Positions 51,980-62,683 of a DNA stretch of 64,000 nt are shown here, one piece after another. Origin of the DNA: Selaginella moellendorffii. Taxonomy: Eukaryota; Plantae; Lycopodiophyta. The DNA lies in assembly GCF_000143415.4 (NCBI RefSeq), contig NW_003314329.1, positions 633,774-697,773 on the forward strand, in the 5' to 3' direction. The stretch's first letter is position 1, and every line of letters begins with the position of its first letter. The translations under genes were made by a program, and so were the position numbers. The notes under the pieces are model-generated. The model was not told the origin of the DNA and made no database searches. It saw nothing but the letters and a program-made list of their open reading frames with translations.

Positions 51980-52591
51980 ATCACTTTTGGTGATTCGGAT
52001 CTATATTTATATTTGTATTTTATTGATCGAATTTACTTGGAAATATAGATTAAATCAAAATTTGAAAAATGAAAAGATGTTGGTTTGGGACGAACCAATG
52101 TTTTCCTTGTGTTTGAGAACTCATGAGCTCAACTTGTGAGCTCAGCTCGTGAGCTCATGAGCTCAAAACCTACCTGGGCTCGGTAAGGATAGAAAGAAAG
52201 GACATTGAGGAAGGGTGTTCCCTATATCTCTGGGCATCCTAAAGGTGCTAAGGGTGGTCAAGGGATGATCACTCGTGGATGGATGACTTAGTTTTTAAGA
52301 GATGGGACTGTGATGCAGGTGGTGTTGGATCACCAGTGTGACAATGGTGAATGGGCATAGCCTTAGCGTAACGGGCTGATATGTAAGTGATACATTTGGG
52401 TGTCAGTCATGGGATCGGACATATGGAGCACTTAGACCAAGTGTAAAGATTGAGTGGCATGGATGCTAGTCTCTGAGCTAGCAAGCCCCAAGTCCAGAAT
52501 AGAACTTATAGAGGTTGTGAGTGTGACTCCTCCAAGTGGTCAGAGGTATTGTTAAGTTTCTAAAGTAGAATGGAAAATTTAGTCACTTACA

Positions 52592-53757
52592 ATAGGCTCT
52601 TGAGCCCCCCAGTGGTCTCTCAAGTGTTCCACCATGTTAAAGTCCCCCACTACCAGCCACTCGTTTGCCACTCCTTGAGTGTTTTGCTGGATGGCTCCCC
52701 ACAACTACGCGCATTCACTTCATCTTAACAATGCATAAACATTGAGTATCCCAACTCACCCAAAGTGTAAGTGGATTATCAGCAGCTAAACCTTTCTTGG
52801 GATGACCACCTTGTATTCCTTCATTTGAGCTGATTGTAAACAACCAAAGGGAACGACTCAAGAGACGATCCATAAGGGTTCAAATATAGAGGGAAAGGGC
52901 CCATGAACAAGAGTGCACCCCTTTTTCCAATTGATTAAGGGTTTTGGGATATTTAGGGTTAAGTGTCTTTGGGTTTGAAAAGTACTGGGCTGGGTGACCT
53001 CCCGGGAAGTCCAAATTCATGAGCTTACATTTGGTATCAGAGGGGTCTTGGGTCCAACTCTATTGGTTGGCTAGGGGAATCACACCACATGTTGATTGAC
53101 ATCTGGCTGGTCTAGTTTGCTCTGGTTGGGCTCGGCCTGAGGGGTAGGGTGTCAAAAGAGCGGGGCTCTCGAGAGAGCTGCAGCCCTTAGCTTCCGTTCA
53201 CAAGGGCGTGAACTTGTAAGGAAGTGTGGTGGATTGTAAGCAACCAAAGGGAGCGGGGCTCGAGAGAGAGCTACAGCCCTTAGCCCTTAATAGAAGTTCA
53301 CGAGGGCATGAACTTGTAGGGAAGTGTGGTGGATTGTAAGGAACCAAAGGGAACAACTCAAGAGACGATCCATAAAGGTTCAAATATAGAAGGAAAGGGC
53401 CCATGAACAACAATGCACCCCCTTTTCCAATTGGTTAAGGTCTTGGGATATTTAGGGTTAAGTGTCCTTGGGTTTGAATAGTACTCGGCTGGGTGACCTC
53501 CCGGGAAGTTCAAACTCAGGAGCTTACACTAACCACTTGGTGGAGACAATGATTGCCATGCCCCCACCAAGGTGTACTCAAATTGGGGTGGCAGGGTTCC
53601 ACCAGATTCTTCCCTACATACACAAATTGTAGTCTGGTACTGCTGACATTTTGTGCTCTTGGAGGCATAGAATGTCAATCCCCCCTTCCAAACTTATCTC
53701 TTGAACATGAAACTTTAGTTGTACCCATTTGTGGAAATGACTATCATTAGAACTTTC
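52592..53757 (-). mobile_element. LINE ORF2 N-terminal APE endonuclease remnant, interrupted by a Cassandra
   Basis: IDILCLQEHK and WLVVGDFNMVE motifs on the minus strand. Confidence 0.8.
52835..53528 (+). mobile_element. Cassandra-type TRIM, older, with internal duplication; LTRs 52835-53029 and 53335-53528
   Basis: 5S-like boxes in both LTRs; PBS TTTGGTATCAGAG; TSD degenerate (CTGAT/CTAAC). Confidence 0.9.
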
Positions 53758-53929
53758 ATCAAAGGTTTGAGCTTAGTGGATGTGCAGCAAAAGGTCAAGA
53801 AGGATTTTCTCGCAATGTTGACTAATGCCATCACTAAGGCTCTGATCTTTTCACCCAAACCATCTGTCAATTTGGTCAACTCTGGTCAACAAGATGGTCT
53901 ATGGAGTAGTCAACATGATGACTAGCCTA

Positions 53930-55400
53930 CCAATGCTTCATAATTAAGAAAGAAACAACCATTGTTCCATTGTGGCTTGAAAAGTGGAGATGGTCATGAG
54001 GCCAAAAAAACTCATTTGGACTAGTATGAGAAGAATAAAGTAGAGGGCAATTGTTTTCGTTGCCATAGGATTGAACATCAAGACAAGGATTATCCTAAAG
54101 GGGTCAATAAATATTGTGGTGGAATTTATAAGCAATGATAGGTAATGATGTGAATGGCATTGCTATTGGGGTTGTATTACTTCAAGTTTGGCATTCTCTC
54201 ATGTTCATGAGCTACAAGGTTGATGCCACATAGTGGAATTGGCCTACTTGAGACAAGGAGTTGTACATTGTGATTGCTACTATGAAGGAATAGCAACATT
54301 ATCTATATGGATTGGACTTCCATGTGGACTTAGTGCATCAGTCTTTCTAGTATTTCAGTTGACAAAAAGATCTTCAAGGCTGCCTTGCTCATTGGCAAAA
54401 GTTTCTGCAAGAAATTTCTATTAAGATCTGGTATAAGCATGGAGGTGACAATAAGGTGGCTAATGCAATATCTAGGATGGTAAATTCTATCTTGTTTTGT
54501 TGGGTCTCTTGAATAAAATTTCTAAGATCTAAAACTTAAGCTCTTATAATCACAGATTTGTTTGTGTTCTTCAGCGTTTACTTAGATTCAAAGTGATGCA
54601 CCATTGCCACAATCTTCTCTTTCATATGATGGATTTCAGTCTCGACAGCCTTGTCCAATGCAATCCAATACTCAGAATCCAGCAGCAATACGAGGTACCA
54701 TGTAGCTAGACATATCTTGCATACACTTTGGACTTGCCACCTAGTTTGAAGATTCTTCCAATGTTTTATGTGAGTAAGCTTAAAGTGTGTTTGCCTCTAG
54801 TGATGTTATGGATCAGTCCCATCATCTAGGTCCCAGAGATTGATGCTAAGAAGGCTAGTCTAGCCAATATTCTTGCTCAAAGATTGGTGAAAACATGCCA
54901 AAAAATGGCTAGGGAGTTGTTAGTTTAGTGGAATGGTTATTTCATGGATGAAGCTACATGGGAAACTGAAGATAACATAAAAAGAGTGTTTCTGAGTTTT
55001 GGTTATGACTTAGATAACATTCCTAAAGAAGGGGAGAATTAAGTTCTATAGCCATATTGCTATATGATTTGAGTTATTTGTTCTCATTTTTTTGTTTCCA
55101 TAACTGTATTGTTACGTGAGAAAGCTATATTGCTTTCTTTCTTTCGTGGCAGTTTGTTGTGACATTGGTGTTGTTGTTGACACATCTTTTCTACATGGCC
55201 ATATTGCTTTAAACACCCTTTATGTGAGGCTCATTTGGCTTCTCAAGGTTGCTGTCTGTGGCTGGGTCATGAGGGAGGGGAAAATGACACAAACCATAAG
55301 AATATTCCAAAGATATTCCATAGTTTGTGGGATTTAAGACTATAATGCCTTAATGGTTGGGAGGTTGGTCTAAGGTTTGCTCTCTTGTTCGCTTCAATGT
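53930..55400 (+). mobile_element. highly degraded chromoviral Ty3/gypsy remnant with chromodomain, PPT and LTR
   Basis: G.DNKVANAISR; FYVSKLK; ELLV*WNGYFMDEATWETE; PPT AAGAAGGGGAGAA near 55030. Confidence 0.65.
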
Positions 55401-55949
55401 TGGAAACAGCTTGTTGGTGGCTAAGGACTCTCATGGTTTCCTATTCACTCTCTACTATTTGGGAGTCACCAGCTAATACTCCATAGATTCTATAGAGAAA
55501 ACTCTCAGCTAATTCTTGTGACTGGCTTGTTTGATTTCTGGTTCTCCATAATTGTCGATACCCTAGATATTTCTTTATCACTTTATCAATGCAAACATGA
55601 TCTATCATCAGTAGTTGTGGAGACTCACACTAGCAGCAATATGACTACATCATGCTATCCTTAGAGACAAGGGGAAACTAGAGAAGCTAGAGGAGTGGCA
55701 AAGGGCATGGCTCCCATGCTTTGGCAATTGTGGTGAGTCAAGAATTGATTAGAGATGGTGGCCCCTAGACTTGATTTTGTGGTCCGCATAGAGAGGAGAT
55801 GTGGAGTTGGACTTGATGCGACAAAGGAGACCTCAGCCACTCTTGTTACAGGCTTAGTCACACAAAGGGGTGAGGCACTAAGTAGTTCACCAAAGGGTAG
55901 CATACCTAGTTTTTGTATTAGCTCCTAAAAGGGGTATTGGGGAATGTTT

Positions 55950-56990
55950 ATACATGTTTTATCAAACATTTGATAAAACATTGCACCTTTATTAACTCAT
56001 TATAAGTGCATGTGTGACTAAGGCAAAGATCATGGAACTTGTGGGCATACGCATCCAAAAACAAAGTCCCCTACCGAATCTCTAATAGTTGGTTTGAGAT
56101 CAACCTCTTCAAAATTTTTAACAAACAAAGTGTGGAAAACCTTTGTCAAATCACTCCAAAAAGTCGGCTTCGGATTAGCTTTGATGTAGTTCTTCCACCA
56201 CAAAGAAGCATGACTTGTAAGCTTCATCATAATAAAATTAATTTTCACCTTATCTTTATAAGGATTGTGAGACTAATAACTTTTCCACAATTCCAATTAA
56301 GAATCAACCCCCTAGTTATCACAAACATCTGGTGATGACTTCCATTCCACAATACCATAATCCTTAACATGTTTAAAGTACTAATGGTAATCACAAACAT
56401 GAGATTGATTCAACCCTTGTGAGGCAAGAAATCCCCAATGAGATTGATGGAATCTTTAACCTCCTTAATGTCACTCTAAACCTTAGAAATTTGGCATCCT
56501 TGTCAAACAATGATATAATCAAGAGTCTCTTCCTCATCGTCATGGCCATCATCACTAATGCCATACTCCTCATTAGGATTGATATCTTGCTCATTTGCCA
56601 TCCCCAAAAGAACATGTTGCTATGATACTAATGAAACGAACAAGAGAGTGAACCTTAGGCCAACCTCCCAACAACCTTAAATCCCATATACCATAGAATA
56701 TCCTTAGAATATTCCTATGGTTCATATCAAACACTAGCCAATGTCACAAAATAAGAGTGTAGGGAATGGACTATCATTAGAGTTATGCTGGAAAGTGTTT
56801 TGATACATAAATAATTATCATTTTTTATTGAAATATGAAAATATGAATTGGGAATAGGTATATTTAATTGGGGTTTATACCCTTCCTTATTTACAATAAT
56901 GGATTAAGTCCCAAATAAATGATCCATATACTATAGTAATATAATTAAGGTATTATTTAGGTATGTATATACATATATATATTTACAAAC
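55950..56990 (-). mobile_element. degraded LTR element: LTR, PBS and gag fragment
   Basis: KLTSHASLWWKNY...TFWSDLTKVF is gag-like; PBS-like TAGTATCATAGC near 56620; 56631-56730 is the reverse complement of ~55287-55396. Confidence 0.6.
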
Positions 56991-57026
56991 TTTACACTAT
57001 CCTCCCCTCTATGATGAAAAGGTAAT

Positions 57027-58219
57027 TGTATAAGGAACTAATGTTATACGCTAAAGGATCCCTAAAACCACAACTAAAATGATAAAGAGTTCATTGAATG
57101 AGACCGAGTATGAGATTGAGTCTGAGACCAAGTTCGAGACCGAGTTTGAGATCAAGTTCAAGACTAGTTTGAGACCGATTCTGAGACCTAGTTTGAGACT
57201 AATTCTGAGACCTAGTTTAAGATTGAGTTTGAGACTGATTCCGAGATCGAGTGTGAGACTGAGTGTGAGACCAAGTTCAAGACCAAATGTGAGATCTGAG
57301 ATTAGGTCCAAGACTGAGTCCAAGGTTTGGTTTAAGATCAAGTTGGTGATTGAATTCAAGACCGAGGCTGAGGTCAGGTCCGAGATTGAGTCCAAGATTG
57401 AGTTTGACACAAAGTCCGAAGTCGAGTCTAATAAGACCGAATCCAAGTACTAGTATAGGTTGTGGGGTGAAAACCCAAAGCAATCATCTCCTGAGGGGTA
57501 GTTCCAAAAGGGATAGTGAGCTCTAGAAATCAATTTTGAAGAAACTCTATAGTAGTGCTTCTAAACCAACTTGAGGTTGAAATTAGGGGTTAGGGCTCTT
57601 AGGTGGGAGTGAGCATGGACTTGGGTGGTGCCAAAGAAGCCACCCAAGGAAGTGCTTAAGAGTAGCTCCCACTCCCAAAAGGAAAACCAACAGTAGTGCT
57701 CCCAACTCATGTAGAGTGATGACCTATTTGAGTACCATATGGCTCATTGATCCTCACTCCTTCCTAGGGGCTTGGGCTTTCACTTTGGGATGGAAGTGGG
57801 GGAGTAGAGGTACCTATACCTAGGCATTAAGCCACAGTGTTTCCCCTTGGGGTCTCAAAGTAAAAGATGTACCCAAGTCTTGGGATTTAGAGGGTTCTAT
57901 AATCAAGTCTTGTTATACCAAAAAATGTTAGAAACTTGGAGGCTTGGTGTGCTTAGCTGCTTGTGTCTACAGGGAGTGTAACCAAACTTTAAGCCTAATC
58001 TAACACAGGGAAAGGGATTGAGAGAAAATTTGGGAATCCATGGATGGATGGCTAACACTCCGTTACTTGTGTAGTGAGTAGCTGAAATGAAGTAGAACCA
58101 AATATGAGCTGGTATAATAGGTAAGAACTTTGGCAAAGAACTTAACTAAGGCCAAGACAGTGGTGGTTGAATAGACAAGGTAAATTGGAAAATTTGAAAG
58201 GAAGAATTTGTGGCTTACA
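57027..58219 (+). mobile_element. solo LTR, family 2
   Basis: TG...GCTTACA; TSD GTAAT on both sides; decayed hexamer array 57100-57445. Confidence 0.85.
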
Positions 58220-58799
58220 GTAATAATAATAAGTCAGATGGAACATTTGGAACTTCTACTGAATAATTATAAATTGCCACAAAAACTTAAAGCTCCAACA
58301 AAACCATTAATGTAGTTATTAACAACCATGACTAAAACAAAACCCAAAGCCATGGCATAATTATTGATCAACTATGAAATCCTAATAAATTAGTTGCAAC
58401 TCCATATGTAGTTGCCAAATGCTTAAACCAACCTCGAAGCCATAACTTTGAACTAAAACATAAAACTTTAAAAACCATTGTAATCTATGAAATGCCATTG
58501 TAGCAAATGATATATCTTGCCTTTAAGTTTACCTACCAATAAACCTCTAAGACCACCATCAACTTGGACTCATGAATATAAAGAGAATCTGCCTTTGCAT
58601 ATTCCCTTTGGTTAACATTTGAGACTCATGTTAACTCAAACTCATAGCCTTTGCCCTTGTTAACCCTTCTTAAAGGAAAAAAGTTATGAAGCATTGACTT
58701 TGTTTAGACTTGCTACACTCATCATCATTCTGTCATTTATGTTTAGCCTCACTTTACTATTACATCCATTTAGCCTCACTACATTTCGTTCCATATATT

Positions 58800-60285
58800 C
58801 CATTTAGAATCACTATAATTATTTCACTTCACAAACTTGCCAAAGTTCTCATCTATTATACTAGCTCCTATTTGGTCCTACTTCATTTTGGCTACTCACT
58901 ACATGAGTAACAAAGTGTTAGCCATCCATTCACAAAATCCTAAATTCTCTCATAATCCCCTTCCTTATGGTAGACTAGACCCTAGGGTTGGGCTACACTC
59001 CTTATAAACACAAGCAGCCAAGCACACCAAGCCTCCAAGTTTTTAACATCTTTTGGTATAACAAGACTTGATTATAGAACTCTTTAAATCCCAAGACTTG
59101 GGTGCATCTTTTACTTTGAGACCCCAAGGGGAAACACTGTGGCCTAATGCCTAGGTAGAGGTACCTCTACTCCCCCACTTCCATCCCAAAGTGAAGGCCC
59201 AAGCCCCTAGGAAAGAGTGAGGACCAATGAGTCACATGGTACTCAAGTGGGAGAGATGCCACCCAAGGAAGTGCCCAACACCTTTCCTTAATATCCTTCC
59301 TTCAGTCTCTACCAAGTCCCTCTCCATCCACGGCCATGCTCATCAATATTGCCACTAAGTTAGGGCTAAAACACCTAGCCACTAAGTCCTATTAACCTTT
59401 AAGACTTCCTTATCAAGTGATTATATCTTTAGTCATTACACAAGAGGATTATTCCTCTTCTTTTCCATAGTTTGGGACTTTGGGACAACATTTCAAAACA
59501 CTATAGCCTTACGCAAGCTTCATGGGTACTCTCCCCACCTTCCAACTTTGGGTGCTCTAGCCATGTGGCTAGAGTAAGGTTTCGATGAGCTACACCAGTT
59601 ATCCAAGTAAGTAGTGCCACCCACACTTGGATTGGGAGCATTAACCATTTGATCTCTCGAGGGAGCTAAAGCTAGTTCTTGAACACTTCACTAAGTTACC
59701 CCACTTGTTCATCCATATTCACTTTAGCTTTGGACTCCTCAATAGTTATATCATCACCCACCACATAAGTATAGCCTTCTTTGGTCACATTAGCCTTTTT
59801 TGGCCAAACTGCTTCCACTAGAGTCCTCCCCTACTATACTTTTGGAGCTCACCACCTAGTCTTGGTTCCCATCTTAGACTTGACCTTTGGGCTCTATTTT
59901 GGACTCCATCTTGGGTCCATTTTGGACTCCTTCTCGAACTTCATCTCAGATCCATCTCAGACTCTATTTTGGGTTTAACTTAGACTCCATTTTGGACTCT
60001 TTCTCGGACTCCATCTCAAGTTCATTTTAGGTCCATCTTGGACTTAGTCCCAACACTTCCACATGTCATGTGTTGGTCCTTTAGTGTCCTTTTTCAAGAG
60101 GCTTGCTTATTGATTGCTTTGTGCTCTTTCCTCAAGCACTTCTTTAGGAGTTCCACTCCCACTCATGACTTTTCAAGTTGGAGTTTTTAGTTTAAACATG
60201 TTATGTTCGTTTGGCTTTTGCTTCGGCCACTACTATATAGCACCCTCTTGGCTCCACTTTAGGGCTTAGGGATTTGTGTCTCACA
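58800..60285 (-). mobile_element. partial family-2 LTR (~58800-59280) joined to a partial family-1 LTR (~59280-60285)
   Basis: reverse-complement homology to 57630-58150 and to family-1 LTRs; ends TCTCACA. Confidence 0.75.
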
Positions 60286-61475
60286 CTCAAAACATAACTT
60301 AACATTTGAGATGGGAAAATCAATAAAAATGTCTACTTTCAAGGGAACATATAAACTCCTCAACAACAACAGTAAAACAAAGGCTCTTAACGGCACTCAC
60401 AAGTGGGGACACACACTCAACCCGAAGCTCTAGCCAAAGTGACTCAACCCTTGGAATAAGGGAATACTCAACATCAATATTGATAAAAATCTCTATGAAT
60501 GAAACAAAAATAAGATTCTTATCTTTATTCCATACTTAATATCCAGATTAGTATGAGGACAAAAACACTCAACTCAACACTGGACTAAAAATGAGAATTA
60601 TAAGAGTCACAAATGATTGACATGCTATAAAAAGGAAACATTGCAAATGAGGAAAAAATATTAGAAATATAAGAAAGTGGCTCGAGCCGAGAAATAAAAA
60701 AAGTTTAGGAAAGAGCAAAAGGTAAACAAAAATGATCAGATGGCAAATTGAAAAATTGATAGCTACCCTACAAAATCTCTATTTCATCTTTAAAGTTATA
60801 ACTATAATAATTAAGCTCCTCATCTCAATCTAGAATCCACTCAAGCTTGTATACATTATCTTCCTATAAATTTGATCCTCTAACATTCTTCAAAAACCAA
60901 ACTATATCATGCATAACTCACCAATCAATGTCATAATCATGCTTTTTTTCAATAAGAAATGATAGAATACTAAGACTAAAACAAGTGGTGTAATCATATC
61001 CCAAGAAAGCTAGAGACAGCAACACACTAGGGATGGGTGTAACACGAATACAATCGTGCCTTATAGCACTAAAAGCTCAATCCAATAGAGTAGTGTCAAT
61101 ATCTTTAAATACCATACTCCTTGATTGGTGACAGTGTGGCATAATGGAAAAGGGAATGCAATAAAAATCAAAAGGAAGAACAAATCTAAGCAGAATAATA
61201 GCTAGAATTTTAGTTTTTGCAAAAAGGTAATATAGATCTAGATCTAAAAGAAAAAGAAAGGAATAAGAATAAAAGCAAAGCATGATCTTAAACACTAGAT
61301 TAAAACACTGCTAAAAAATTTTGCCTTTCAAAGAAAAATTATAGTGGCCTTCACCTCCACTGATATGAGTGCTTGGGATATGGGAATAGTTATATTAATG
61401 GGGGTTTATGCTCCAAATGGATGATATATATGCTATAATACTATAACTAATGTATTATCTAGGTAGGGTAATATA

Positions 61476-61481
61476 TGTGTG

Positions 61482-61530
<49 letters not shown>
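61476..61530. repeat. (GT)n(TA)n microsatellite
   Basis: directly visible. Confidence 0.95.
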
Positions 61531-61533
<3 letters not shown>

Positions 61534-61804
61534 AACCTTATTAAACCAAAAAAACTAGACTCCAAAACTAGATTTTTTTTAGCAAACCAAGTGTCATTGT
61601 TAAGTGTAAGAAATTACTTAGTTTTGTATAAATTGATTTGCACTCAAGGTTATTTTGTCTATAATCTTATTATTACTTATTATGATTTTAATATATTAAT
61701 TATAATATTTTATAAATAAGAAAACATAAAAAATAAGAATAAATTTTGTATGATTATAAAATTAGTGAATATATAAGGTTTTAAATATATTATATTCAAT
61801 CATT

Positions 61805-62683
61805 ATGAACTTGATAAGTTTATTTATACTTTGTTTATATATTAATAGTATTAATTCTATAATTGAACATGGAGGAGAAAATACAATAACAAGAGAGAGT
61901 GTTGATTTAATTTTATATGCAATGGAATTAATGATTGGGAATATATCTTCAGGAGTATTACCTAAAGGACAAAATATGGAATTTCCCTTTACAATACAAG
62001 ATGCTAGTGTTGGCCAATTAAATGTTGTTAATCAGATGTGGATTTATAGTACAACAGGAAAACATTATGATCTATGTGTTGCAAATCAGGAAGAAATTCA
62101 ATATGATAATGGAGATAATGTTTGAATTCATTTAAATAATTTATTACAAATATATCGTGATGCAATACGAAATTTTCGAGCAACATTTATCACAATAGTA
62201 CATGATTACTATGCTATTGAATATATTATTAAAAACTTACATCAACCAAAACCCTTTGAGAAATTCAAAGTTGATAGTTTAAGTGATTTAAGTGATTGTA
62301 GAATTCATATTACAACATTAATTAGTACTTTCCCTTCCTATTATTTAAAAAGTACACAATTTCTATTATCTCCAAATAAAAAAGCCCTTCTATATTTACA
62401 TATAAATTCTATATTAGCTTTATATGTAAAAAATAATTTAAAATGGTTTAAAGGTTCAGCTAAATTTCAAAATTGTGAATTTAAGATGCAATTTGATGGA
62501 AATATAGTATTATATTCAAATAATAATGTAGTTTGGTCTCCAAATATTTTCTGCCAAAATACAATTTGTTTTTTATCTTTACAAAATGACTGTAACTTAG
62601 TATTATATGAATCTAGGCAATGGGTTTTTTCTCAACGTCCTTTGATTAAAAGTAAATGGTCATCAAATTCAAATCCTTGCTAA
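61805..62683 (+). pseudogene. secreted-type protein with C-terminal bulb-type (GNA/B-lectin) mannose-binding domain; single in-frame TGA at 62123-62125
   Basis: ORFs 61805-62125 and 62486-62683 are in the same frame and the stretch between them has no further stop; hydrophobic N-terminus; QFDGNIVLY and QNDCNLVLY match QxDxNxVxY. Confidence 0.8.

Larger units (their letters stand above)
39952..52181 (+). mobile_element. Mutator-like DNA transposon, copy 2 (hosts a gypsy element and a Cassandra)
   Basis: TIRs GGGGCTAGGTAGTTTTTGAG / CTCAAAACCTACCTGGGCTC; perfect 8-bp TSD GGTAAGGA (39944-39951, 52182-52189). Confidence 0.92.
34018..52591 (+). mobile_element. family-1 LARD-like element with both LTRs: 5' LTR ~34018-35366, PBS, ~3.7 kb non-coding internal region, 3' LTR 39093-52591 interrupted by MULE copy 2
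   Basis: LTR termini; PBS ACTTGGTATCGGAGC at 35367; LTR sequence resumes at 52182 and ends CTTACA at 52591; flanking 5-mers do not match. Confidence 0.8.

Noticed and set aside
62123-62125. TGA read as Trp (alternative genetic code or contaminant)
   Set aside because: The other Trp codons in the ORF are TGG and the flanks are plant repeats; a point mutation is simpler.
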